DNA of 64,000 nucleotides, from contig MU054220.1 of NCBI GenBank assembly GCA_013239625.1, forward strand, positions 2,665,374-2,729,373. The letters are read 5' to 3'. The first letter of the stretch is position 1, and each line of letters begins with the position of its first letter. Shown here in pieces: positions 26,101-37,800 of this stretch. The notes beneath the pieces were generated by a model, which saw only the letters and a list, made by a program, of their open reading frames with translations, ran no database searches and had not been told where the DNA came from. The stretch comes from Lama guanicoe (lineage: Eukaryota). The translations under genes and the position numbers were made by a program.

Positions 26101-28233
26101 TAGCCATGGATAAAGCCCTAAGTGAGTCTTCTTCCTTCAGTGCACAGGCCTTGCAAGGATCTGACCCCTGGGATTATGATCCCTGTGGCTGCTTCTTCTC
26201 TCGTTCTTCTCTCTAGGCCCACATCAAACAAACAATCACTCCTAGACCTTACTCTGGTCTCTGAAAAATCAGGTCATGTCCTGTTTGGATGGCAGGCACA
26301 CCCCTGTGGCTTTCTGTTCAGAACCACACTATCTTTACAGCTCCTTGGTTTATCACCTCCAGGGACTCTGCTTTGTCTCAGGCTTCATTCTCTAGCCTTT
26401 ACCACAGACTCTCTTTCCCTGCTGGTCCTGGGGCTCAGTGATAGCACCCCTAAGCCATTCTGATCCAGCTCCTCTTCTGTACAAAACTCTTCTTTTTTCT
26501 AAAAGAATTCTTGAGATCTCTGTAACTTCCTTCCTATAGTCCCATGAGGCACCATCCTAAATAGATAATATTTTACACTCAAGCTTATGTACCAGAACTC
26601 ATCCAAACCTTTACAAGTGTTATTTCATTTAATCCTAATACCAATTCTATTATCAACCCCATTTAACAGATAAGAAGACTGAGGCACTTGAAGTTAATTG
26701 CCCAGAATTATATATCAGGTGGTAAATGGTGATATGATTGGGCAATCAGATTCCAATTGATCATTTTGCAAAACTGCCACATGATAATTCAAAATCACAT
26801 TTGTACAGCAAATGCAGTTGCTATCTTGTCCGGGAAAATCTCTTCTGTTTTCTTTCAAATTCAGGATAACCTTTTTTCTGACACCCTTAATGATAAAACA
26901 CATATTTGTTACAGAATTCTCAGACCTTTAAAAACACCCAATGATTACATAGGTGTGTTTGTTTTGTGAAAATTTACTGATGTGTATGACTTGTGACTGG
27001 TGCGCTTCTTTGTATGAATGTTACACTTTAACTAAAAAGTTTCATAAAAAATACCCTCAGATCCCCTTATTTATATTTTAATTTAGAAAACACCTCCTTG
27101 CACCCCATTTTAGGGCTTCAGTGCAATTTGCCAACGCTTTGGGGGAAGGTGAATTTTGCAACAGCATGTAGTCAGATTTAAATGTTCAGGATGGACATAC
27201 ATTGTGCTAGCTGGGCATGCTATATCTGACCCCATGTGTTTTATGTGATACAGAGGTTGCAAAAAACTTATTAGAACCTTATTTCAATAAGGGGAGGAGA
27301 ACCTTATGTTGTCACAACAAACCTGTGCCTGGATTTAACTTGTAAGGTAGAAGGTTGCACACCACAGTTTAATGCTGCTTTAACTGGGTTGGAGTTTGGG
27401 ATGTAACATATATATAAACAGGGTCTCAGTTTTATAGATGTATCAATTAGTTCTTGGGATTTCCAGGTTTCAATGTTGACAGAAAAGAAATAACAATAAA
27501 ATGGTATGTATTTGTGCAATGTGATGCAATTTACCAAAGACTAATAATAATATTTATCCAGCATATATGACATACATTGTCTCATTTAACCTCCATAACA
27601 ACTCTCTTGAAGACATGTGATTATCTGTGCATTTTGCATATAAGGAAACTGTGGCTTACAGTAGTGCATCATTTACCCAAGGTCAGCTCAGGACTGTATG
27701 GTTCCAATGTTCCTAATTCCTCGAGAATAAGCCCTGCTACTTCTCATTAACAGCTTGGACCTTCACAACAACCCAATGGATTAAGTATTACTGTTTTCCC
27801 CATTTTGGACAAGGAAATAGGCCCAGAGAGATAAAGTGATTAGCTAGACATTTGCAGAACCCAGACCCAAGCTCAGGTTCTTACACTCCGAACTTGGGAA
27901 TGCCTTCCACTAGATAACATCCTTGCTCAAGGCCCACAATACAATTTATTTGTGTTGATAATAGATAAACTAAAGGTGCAAATAACAAGATGATAAAATT
28001 CTTTCCATATACCCAGTCTTGGAGGATCTGCCTGTGATACTTGGAGCAGCTCAGCAGCTTTAAGGCAACATTTCTACAGCTCTAATTGTAACCATTTTAG
28101 TTTTTAACAACAGACTGGCCTAGGCTCCCTGATCCACATCAATTTCTTCTTGGAAAAAGAATTAGGATCTGCTTCTCTGGAGGGCAGAGTCACACACATA
28201 CAGATAGATCTATCTGTGGAGTTCAGTCTAGTT

Positions 28234-28508
28234 CAGAGGTTCTCAACCCCCATTACCTGAAATCCCCCGTCCCCCCCACCTCCCCACCCCTAACCTGGTG
28301 CAATTTTACCCTTCTCCCTCACCCCATAAACACACACACAGGGGCACTTGGCAGTGTCTAGAGATATTTTTGATTGTCACAACTGTGGGGGAGGTACTAT
28401 TGGCATCTGGTGGGTGGACACCAGGGACGCTGCTAAATATCTTTCCGTGCCCTACAACAAAAAATTATCTGGCCCAAAGTGTCAATAGCTTGAGGTTGAG
28501 GAGCCCTG
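28234..28508. mobile_element. MER20-like hAT DNA transposon
   Basis: TIRs CAGAGGTTCTCAACC / GGTTGAGGAGCCCTG and 8-bp TSD GTCTAGTT / GTCTAGTC. Confidence 0.85.
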
Positions 28509-29494
28509 GTCTAGTCAATTCTACTAAAAAAAAACACATACACCTGAAGCTGCTTAGGATTTAATTGACGGTGGAGATTATGGCAAAGTAACAAAATTAA
28601 GGTGTTCTCTAGAGGGTTGACTGCTTCTCCACCAATATTTATTTATTTACAAGTTATATCTGATCCATTTACAATTATAATTTCAGCTTACAGTAAATAA
28701 ACACACAAGACAGTTAAAGAGATTTTTAAAAGATCAGAAACCATTGAGACAGAGGAGAGAAAGAACATACATTCAACTTCTACTAGTCACTGGGGATTTT
28801 CTGTCATAATTCTTTAAAAATCACACTGATATGTCTCCTCTACTTACCTAAGAATTTTTTTTGGTACAAGCCAGGTTTTCATTTATTCCAGCCCAATAAA
28901 AATTAGAAAAGAAGGCTCAGTGAACTCCAGTAGTTACCTCCCTGGTTGGACCCTCAGGTTTTCAGACAGTGTTCAAATCTTCTTTAGTGTGACCTTTTAA
29001 GAGACAATGGGGTTACTTTTCAGCCTGAAGTAGGAAACAGGATAGTGGTTGAGTGAAAGACAGGCAGGGGTTGGGGGTGGGAGGGAGGAGTTGGATGAGA
29101 AAGCTGTTCAAGTTGTCCTCTAGGAGGGCAGGATTCATTATGTTGTTTGAAATACTGTCAAATTGCAGAATATCATTGACAATTATATAGAAATATAAGT
29201 ACAAAAAACACTTAATATCTAGCGTATGGTGTGTACTATGTTACTATAAAACTTCAAAAGAAAAAAATTAAGAAGAAACTTCTTTATTCTCTAATACATG
29301 TTTCCATGTGATACTATAATATGTAATGCTTCTGTTATATTTTTCCTATATTTATATCTCTGCATTAGACTGAGTTTTACCTTTGTTCAACAGGTTTTGA
29401 TGACTATTAAATGGTTTTTGGAGGGTAAGTAAGTGATAGGAGAGCAAACTCTAAGTTATTGTGTACCTGATATTATGTCTAAAAGTTGAATGAT

Positions 29495-29662
29495 GGGGGT
29501 GGGTATAGCTCAGTGGTAGAGTGTAAGCTCAGAATGCATGAGGTCCTGGATTCAATCATCAGTACCTTCTCTAAAAAATAAATAAATAAATAAATAAATA
29601 AACCTAATTACTCCCCCAATTTAAAAAAAATAAATTAATAAAAAAAGGAAGGCAGTTTAAAA
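29495..29662 (+). mobile_element. tRNA-derived SINE (camelid Vic-1-like)
   Basis: A box TAGCTCAGTGGTAGAG, B-box-like GATTCAATC, (AAAT)n tail, TSD AAAAGTTGAAT(G/A)AT at 29481-29494 and 29663-29676. Confidence 0.88.
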
Positions 29663-30104
29663 AAAAGTTGAATAATTTATCTCAAAGGAGCTTCTGATGG
29701 TAAATTTTCAGTTTTCAGCTTATCTCTGGGATCTTCTCTGATACTAATTGTTACCTTTTTTTCTTTAGCATTTATGCCAGTTAGCCCCTTCAAAAATCCT
29801 ACAAAGTATTATCTGCATTTTATGTATGAGAAACACCAGTGTTCAGAAGGCCTAAGTGTTTGCACGAGGCCACACAGGTAGTGTCTACTGAGTGCCCCAG
29901 GAAAGGTACACTTAGAGCTAGAGGAAGATCCAGTGAAATGTATCACAATATTAACCCCACAACCTTGAGTCACCCTGAGACTCCTTGGATGCATGTGCCA
30001 CATCGGCACTGGACAAACTATTGGGACTCCACGTGTTCACCTTCTCTTGAGTTACATTAACTCAGAAAATGAATTTGAAGGCACAGAAAAGAATGTGTGA
30101 TGTA

Positions 30105-30330
30105 GTCCTATGTGCCAGGCACTGTGCTAAGCACTTTAGGTGAATCATTATTTCATTCAATCTTCTCCACAGCCCTACAAAGTAGGTATTAATAGCTGCA
30201 TTTTACAAGATAGGAAAACTGAGGCTTTGAAAGGTTAAGCAACTAGTCCAAGGTGCCTTAGTTGAAAAGGAGTCATACTTCTTAGGTGTGGGAATTCAAG
30301 TCCACTTGCTTCCACTCCTCTTCACCATCT
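30105..30330 (-). mobile_element. MIR SINE
   Basis: tatgtgccaggcactgtgctaagcacttt...aaactgaggct...aggttaagcaact. Confidence 0.75.
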
Positions 30331-30574
30331 TAGAGTGAGGGCAGAGTATGTAAATGGAAACGTGGTCTATAAATGATTCACAAGCTAGAGAATTATTTTT
30401 CATAGAGTTTGGTAGTTATATGATACCAAATAATTAGATAATTATTCAGTTAAATATTTTAATTAAGTGTAAATATCTAAAAGGTGATTTTGCATGGCAT
30501 TGAATTTTGATTACTATGCAAGCATCTTAATAACCAAACACCTGGTACAAGAAGTTCAGAGATTTTAGTCTTCA

Positions 30575-30907
30575 AAAGTGGATTGGTAAATGACAGCCTG
30601 TAGGCCCAATCCTGCCCAAACCCTGGTATTGTGAAACCCCCGAGCTAAGAACGTTTTAATGTTCTTTTTTTTATGGTTGAAAGGGAGGAATATTTTCTGA
30701 CACATGAAAGGTACATGAAATTCAAATGTCAGGGCCCATAAATAAAGCCTTCATTAGAACATAGCCAGGCTCTTTTGTTTACATATTTTCTATCGCTGCT
30801 TTTGTGTTACAACTGCATAGAGAAGTTATGAAGAAGACTACATGGTTCACAAAGTCTTAAGATATTTCCTATCGGGGCTTTTGCAGAAAAAAGTTTGCTG
30901 ACACTTG
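30575..30907. mobile_element. MER58-like hAT DNA transposon
   Basis: MER58-type text (ataaataaag...gaacatagcc...tttgcagaaaaaagtttgctgacacttg). Confidence 0.7.
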
Positions 30908-33594
30908 TTCTGTAGCATTTACACATTCAGGCACAATTTGAGTTTCTGAATTTGTTTTTCTGTCAAATTCTGAAACATTTTAAACTTTTTTTTTCCCCCT
31001 CCAGGAAGAACACTAAAGCAATCTTGCTCTGAAAAAATTTTGACAGCCTGGTCTGATTTGAAATGACACCATTAGATTATGGTCCAGTGCTTAGTGGGTC
31101 CAGCTTGAAAGGCTCCTGCCTTCACTCATCTTTTAGATACATTAGAGTTATCTCCAGATGATAAAGCTGCGTCTTACTACCAACCAGTCCTTCCGTTATT
31201 CACACTGACTGCGTTATGGGTTTAGTTTCACAACATTTTGAGTTCATCCAGGCTTCTTGAATCATTTATAGGGATTTTCATTTTCAATCTCAAACTCTTA
31301 CACATTTTCTCTGCTGTGAGTTTTTTTTAACATAAAGCTCAGAGTACTAAATGGCCTACACCTGTAAAATAAAGCCCATACTTCTATTTTTTAGCTTTAA
31401 GATATCACATTTTTTTTAATTGCTTTTTCTTGAGAAACCGAACTTAATTTTGCAGGTCACAGAAGAAAATGCCTGCGTGTCCAAGGATCTCAAAGCACCT
31501 CTGGTGGAAATACATAACAAGATAGTCTGTTTATTTTTAAATACTGTTTATTTCTTGGAGGAAATACTATTTAATGGAAAAGATGGGACTAGTAACATAT
31601 AGAGTCCAAGGCTATTTCTGGTACCGTCAATGACTCACTTTGACTTTGGGCAAATCATCTCTCCACTGTTGCTCTTTTATCTGCAAAAACTGGACTTCAT
31701 GCCTATGGGAGTTGCATGGCTAATCAATGCTTGGAAAATGCGTAGTGGCAGATGCTACAAAAGTGCTGAGCCTTAAAAACAGAACCACCCCACCCCCCAT
31801 TTGTATTCAGTTGAGGTTGGGGCTTATTGTTATTTAACATTCGAAGGCCAACACTACGTTAAGTCCAGTGTGCTGCACGTAACAGATAATATCACACTGT
31901 CCAGCAGGGATTTTTTTTTAAATATAAGATTTTGGACTCCCCCCCTCTTTATTGTGGTTGGAGGTTATTTTAGAATCCAATAGTATATCCACCCAGAAAC
32001 ATTCAGCTTTAAGTTGAAAACTATCGATTTAAAAATCGAAATAACACCCCCCCCGCAAAAAAAAGAGACCCTCCTCCCGCCCCTTTAAGAATTCTCTCAA
32101 AACAAGAATTCTTCTGATGTTTTTCTCCTCCCTGCAGTTCTCCATGTTACAGTCCTTAGAGGTAGAATAGGCATAAAATACTTTCACTAATAAAATATGA
32201 CAAACCGCCGGATTATACGTGGCCGATTCCCAGTGATTGCCCTGCTACACAAAGCAGAAAAGTAAATGCCATCATCCCCCTTAGAACAAAAGAACTTAGG
32301 AATAAAAAACATGGAGAGGGGGGAGAAAGCAGCAATAAATAAAGGTGAACGAAGGACCCTATCCTCTGCCCCTCCCCAAAGCGAGTGTGGGACTAAGTAC
32401 TGCTAATAAAGTGGTTCAAGGGTAGTTATTTGGAAAGGGGGCGGGGTGGTGAGGGGAGGGAGCAGGCGAGCGGCGGCCGGGGATTGCATGTTGCATTCGA
32501 CTTGAGGTTGCATCTTTCTCCTGTTGCCTGGACCACGCTCCCCCATTGCAGTGCTTCCCCATAAGCTTCTCTTCGCCCCTGCCCTCGCGGCTTTATTTCC
32601 CCCCTTCAAACTGCTGTTGCACTGGAGGGAGTTGGGGCCGCTCCGGAGCCCCTTTGCAGCTCCTGCCGGCGGGAGGGGGAGTTGGGCTCGGGCCGCGGAG
32701 TTGGGAGGGCCGCAGCGGGCTCTGGCCTCGCCTCGGCTGCAGCTATATGGGTGCCGAGCTGCAGCGCTGCACGGGCCCATCATTGCGGCGGCACCGGAGT
32801 TTAGCCGCTGCCGCTCGGTGCTCAGCCCCATCACCACCGCCGCCGCCGCCGCCGCTGCTGCACTGGAGTTTGGCTGCTGCTGCCCTACTTCACTCTAGTT
32901 TAGTTTCACTCACTTTACATCCGGGTTTTTTCCCTAGGCAATGGGGGCCGCAGCACACCCCGTTCCTTAGGCAAAGTGAAATAAATTCGCCGCACCGACA
33001 CGTCAAGTAGTCCGCCCGCCCGAGCGCCGCCGCGGGCCCCCGCCGCTCCCCCCGCCGCCGCCCCGTCGCCCCCGGGGGGGGCCCGTGCGTCCCGGGAACC
33101 GCGGGCGGAGGTGCAGGAGCCTGGGCAGGCCGCCGTACAACTCCGCCCGGCGGCCCCCTCCCACGTCGCCGTGTCCCTCTACCCCGGCGCCTCCTCTCCC
33201 CCCGCCCTCGTCCCCGCTTTCCCAGCCCCAGTCCCTCTCGCCCGGCTCTCGGGAGCGGCGGGAGCGCGCACGGCGGCGGCGGCGGCGGGCCGGCGGGGCC
33301 GCGCGGCGGGCTCCCGCGCGGGCGAGTGTGTCTGGGCCTGGGCGGAGGGATCCCCGGGCTGAGGCGGCGGAGGTGCTGCGGCCCGGGGCCGGGTGGTGAA
33401 TGGGCTGGTGGTGCTTGCTGCTGCTGCTGAGAGGAGGAGGAGGAGGATGAAGAGTTGGGCTTGTTTGTCTCCCACAGTTTCTCTCCTGCTGCTCTGATTC
33501 CCCCCCACCACTCCGGCCCGGGGCCTGTGTGTGTCTCTCCTGCAGGAGGAGGAGGATCCAGTTCCTCCCCCCACCCCCTCCTCCCCACCCCCCC

Positions 33595-33819
33595 NNNNNN
33601 NNNNNNNNNNNNNNNNNNNNNNNNNNNNNNNNNNNNNNNNNNNNNNNNNNNNNNNNNNNNNNNNNNNNNNNNNNNNNNNNNNNNNNNNNNNNNNNNNNNN
33701 NNNNNNNNNNNNNNNNNNNNNNNNNNNNNNNNNNNNNNNNNNNNNNNNNNNNNNNNNNNNNNNNNNNNNNNNNNNNNNNNNNNNNNNNNNNNNNNNNNNN
33801 NNNNNNNNNNNNNNNNNNN
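33595..33819. other. Assembly gap (225 N)
   Basis: Run of N. Confidence 1.
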
Positions 33820-33932
33820 GGGGAAGAGGAGGAAAGAAACAGCCCAGAGAGAGAGGGAGAGAGAGAGTGAGTGAGTGAGAGAGAGAGAGGGAGAGGAGAG
33901 GAGGAGGAGGAGGAGGAGGAGGGAGAAGGGAA
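33820..33932 (+). repeat. Polypurine (GA)n/(GAG)n tract in exon 1
   Basis: About 110 nt that is almost all purine, read directly from the sequence. Confidence 0.9.
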
Positions 33933-34227
33933 CAACCTACCATCTTAACACACTAATATCTAAAAAGTGCGAGAGGCCCAGAGCAGCAGCAGAAGCAGCA
34001 GCAGCAGCTCCAGCTTCTTCCCTCCCTCCCTCCCCAGGAGGAAGAGTTCCCTCCTCCTCCTCCTCCTGCTTCTCCTGCTCAGAGTTCCTGCCTCCAGCTG
34101 CCAGGGGGGACAGCCAGCCAGCAGCAGGAGGGTGCAGTATCCCAGCTTTTCCATTCTCTCTTCTCACTCTCTCTCTCTTTTTTTTCTGGAGTAACTCTAT
34201 TTCTCCTCCCCCCCCCCTTCCCCCTCT

Positions 34228-34844
34228 NNNNNNNNNNNNNNNNNNNNNNNNNNNNNNNNNNNNNNNNNNNNNNNNNNNNNNNNNNNNNNNNNNNNNNNNN
34301 NNNNNNNNNNNNNNNNNNNNNNNNNNNNNNNNNNNNNNNNNNNNNNNNNNNNNNNNNNNNNNNNNNNNNNNNNNNNNNNNNNNNNNNNNNNNNNNNNNNN
34401 NNNNNNNNNNNNNNNNNNNNNNNNNNNNNNNNNNNNNNNNNNNNNNNNNNNNNNNNNNNNNNNNNNNNNNNNNNNNNNNNNNNNNNNNNNNNNNNNNNNN
34501 NNNNNNNNNNNNNNNNNNNNNNNNNNNNNNNNNNNNNNNNNNNNNNNNNNNNNNNNNNNNNNNNNNNNNNNNNNNNNNNNNNNNNNNNNNNNNNNNNNNN
34601 NNNNNNNNNNNNNNNNNNNNNNNNNNNNNNNNNNNNNNNNNNNNNNNNNNNNNNNNNNNNNNNNNNNNNNNNNNNNNNNNNNNNNNNNNNNNNNNNNNNN
34701 NNNNNNNNNNNNNNNNNNNNNNNNNNNNNNNNNNNNNNNNNNNNNNNNNNNNNNNNNNNNNNNNNNNNNNNNNNNNNNNNNNNNNNNNNNNNNNNNNNNN
34801 NNNNNNNNNNNNNNNNNNNNNNNNNNNNNNNNNNNNNNNNNNNN
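34228..34844. other. Assembly gap (617 N)
   Basis: Run of N. Confidence 1.
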
Positions 34845-37800
34845 CCGCGGCCGCGGGGCGCCCCGGGACCCCGCGCGGCCCGGGGCCCGCAGGCCGCTCT
34901 GGGAGGGGCCGCGGCCGCCCCTCCCCCGCCCGCGCCCCCGCCGGGGGGAGGGGCGCGCGGAGTGGGACTCTTTCCGTTTGGTCCAGCCCCGTCGTGCACG
35001 CAGTTCCCAACACTTCTCGTCATCCTCTCTTTGGTCTCTTTATTCTGCTGAGCGGTGCTGTTAGGATTTCTTTTTTTCCCCTGACCACGTTCGCGATGGT
35101 GGGTAGCAGCAAGGTGGCCCTGGTAGGGGAGGGGTTGATATCGCGATTGGGCACCAGGGGAAGAATGTCTCCTTTCAACTTTGTCTGTGGTTTGCACCCC
35201 CGCAGAAGGCCACACGCCGGTTGTGGGGTGCAGATGTGCAGAGAGTGATTTCTAAGTAGTTGAGTTGTTGAGATGAGGGTACGACTGCTAATGGTAGGCA
35301 GGTTTTGTTTTCATTGGTGAATCTGGTGTCATCATATTCCGGTCATATGTTGAAATATTCTTTGTTTAGGTCTTGAAGTAGAGGATCTTACTCTGCACGT
35401 CCACATTGTGTTGTTTTAAATGATGTCTCTGCAAGTATGGCTTTCTAGAATTTCAAATGTGAGTTAAGGTCCGGGCGTGTGTGGGCCTTAGCACTGGCCT
35501 TGACAGTGAACTTTGTGGCTGTGTTTTGGATTTCAAAGATTTGCCCCATAGCTGGGATGCGAGCTGTGCATTTTGTTAGTAGTAGGTGTCAGGAATGTAG
35601 ATGCTTAAGCTGGGGACGTTAGAGAAGGAAGAACATTTATGTATTAATAATTGATAGCTGAATATTAGAATCAGATTAATTTGGGCTGATGAAAGTTTTT
35701 TTTTTTTAAAGCAGTTATGCACTCTAGGAAGGAAGCCTTTTCATAGGCACACTTTATAGGGGTTCTTTAGGGCGCAGAGCTTGAAAATCTCCTTTTAGAG
35801 AGGATACTCATCAACATCTGTAGCTTCGTTGAGGGCCTGGTAAGGGGTCTGAAACTGGGGCTAAGATATCTAAGTATACTTTTCAGTGTTTCTGTTGTTT
35901 GTTTACATCTGGTGTTCATTCACGTTTGGGCAGTAGAAATAAATAGGTCAGCCTTACTTTTGGTTTTTGAAGACTGGTCCCCCCCCCTTTTTTTTTAAGT
36001 TTCACAATTTACTTGGTTTCACAGCATTGTAGGAAACTGTTACTACATTTTTACTGGAAATACTGTTATTCATTTTGATTTTGGTAAGTTCCTTTCTATT
36101 CTTTTTTTCGGTCTCCATTTGTATATGGAATCTACATTGTGGGCTTAAAACTAGCTTATTGAGGGCCATTTAAAATGTCTAAAGAATGCATTTTAAAATC
36201 TCAGGACACATCTTTTGATGGCAAAGATGAAATTTTTGTGTGCAGTTATGCTCATGTTTATAAAAAATTTTCTGTACTTAAAACTTTGTAGATGTACAAC
36301 TATCCTTAAACAAAGAGCATAGTAATAGTGCAGAAAATTCTCAAAACACAAACTTATGGCTAACATGTTCAGAATATTCCAGATGCTTTTTTTTAATGTC
36401 ATACTTCTTTTTTTTTTTTTTTAACCTAATAGTATTTGCAATACGACTGGCATTGCTTGGATGGCCTTAATAGTCTTTTGCTTGAGTGCTTCTGAAGATA
36501 GTTTTTAGATAATTTTGCAAACTTTATTTAAACATGTTACACTTTGGACTCATGCAGGTCTTTATGAAACTGAAATAGTAATAGTAATAGGCTCCTACCT
36601 GTGCCAAATTTTATTTTTAAGAAGTGTAAGTGATGGACAGGGCCCTATTTCTTTAGGTTTGAAGAGTCTGTCCTTTTTCTCATTCAATCATCTGGAAGGA
36701 GCTGCCTCAGAAATACTCTTCTTCTGCTTACATGAAGAACTCTAAATGTTACCCAGCAGGAGGTGCTACAGCAAGAAAGGAAATTTCTGAAATTTGAGGG
36801 TCTTGCTACTTATTACAGCTCCACTTAGCTTCAGCTAAGCAACAGGATTAACACTTTAAAGTACCAGAAAGATTTTTGAGTAAGTCCATTGAAAAATTAC
36901 ATTTTCCATTTGAAACTGAAATCTTTGACTGCTTTTTACCTGCTAACTGTATTACACAAAGCAGATTGCTTATTGTGGATAGCTTAAGGATACTGCCCTT
37001 AGGTACAGAGTGCTGTTAGAATTATTTTATTTTGAAGAGGAGTTAGTTTCTTTTTGATGAGTGGGATGTTGAACACTTTTTTAAAAAATTATGTGCAATG
37101 GCTAGAAACAAAAGTAGTTGGTATGACTTGGGCTTTAAGTTTTGTGGTCATTCCTATAATATTCATACGAGTAAGATACAGAGTATTTGAAATTTTGATT
37201 AGGGAAATATTGTATAGAAAAATTTTTAGACTTTTTGTGTTTTTTTCCCTCCAGTCTATGGACAGTGATCTTAGTAGATAAATTCTTATAAATTTATAAA
37301 TACATTTGGTTGATGCATTTGAGTTGGCCTCTAAAGACTAAGATTCTTGAACTATAAGTAAAGTTATATCTGTGGGTATAAGTCATTGCTGATATGTCCA
37401 TTAGTAACACTTAACAATAACTGAATAAAGATGAAAGTAGTTTCATAGCATTTACAGCACATGATCCTTTGAAACTCTGTGCTAAGTGAATTGATTTATC
37501 ACTGGAAATACCATGCTACTGTGGTAGCTTAGAAAGTTTTAAAAACTTAGGAATGTGTAGAAAATTTGATGAACCTGCTTTGAATTTTGTTTGTTTTCTA
37601 GGAATAAGACTGTACTTTTTTCTCAGTAAGATCAAATGAGATAATACATGTGAAAGTTCTTTGTAAATTGTCAGAAGCCATGCAGATGTTAAATTGTTGA
37701 GATAGGTGGCTAATTAATACATGGGCAGAAGCTTCTGTCTTAAAAATGTTAACCTTCTCTATATCATTTGAGAAATGAGTGCATTAAAAGTGCACCAGGA

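Larger units (their letters stand above)
33395..34131 (+). other. PHF21A: PHF21A exon 1 (non-coding 5'UTR; 5' boundary approximate)
   Basis: GGTGAATGGGCTGGTGGTG...AACAACCTACCATCTTAACACACTAATATCTAAAAAGTGCGAGAGGCCC...GCAGCAGGAGG matches my recollection of the human PHF21A mRNA leader. Donor is AGG|GTGCAG at 34131/34132. Confidence 0.8.
32400..35230. promoter_or_regulatory. PHF21A: CpG island / promoter of PHF21A
   Basis: Abrupt rise in GC and CpG density against AT-rich flanks, with GC boxes and (GCC)n/(GGC)n runs. It surrounds the first exon and is interrupted by two N gaps. Confidence 0.9.

Noticed and set aside
29495..29570. tRNA-like sequence (also at 43.6, 55.2 and 58.1 kb)
   Set aside because: These are SINE heads with A-rich tails and TSDs, not tRNA genes.
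32999..33005. TGACGTG (ATF6/CREB3-type) motif on the minus strand in the promoter
   Set aside because: A single 7-mer in a CpG island is not distinguishable from chance without conservation data.
34137..34146. GTATCC resembling a U12-type donor
   Set aside because: It reads GTATCCCAG rather than GTATCCTT, and I saw no U12 branch site before exon 2.
33967..34194. Signal-peptide-like frame RRKSSLLLLLLLLLRVPASS
   Set aside because: The Leu run is a (CCT)n repeat and there is no in-frame ATG here; the listed start is GTG.
33003..35248. Long ORFs (254-457 aa) across the CpG island
   Set aside because: They are artefacts of N runs and GC-rich, stop-poor low-complexity sequence, with no recognisable domain.
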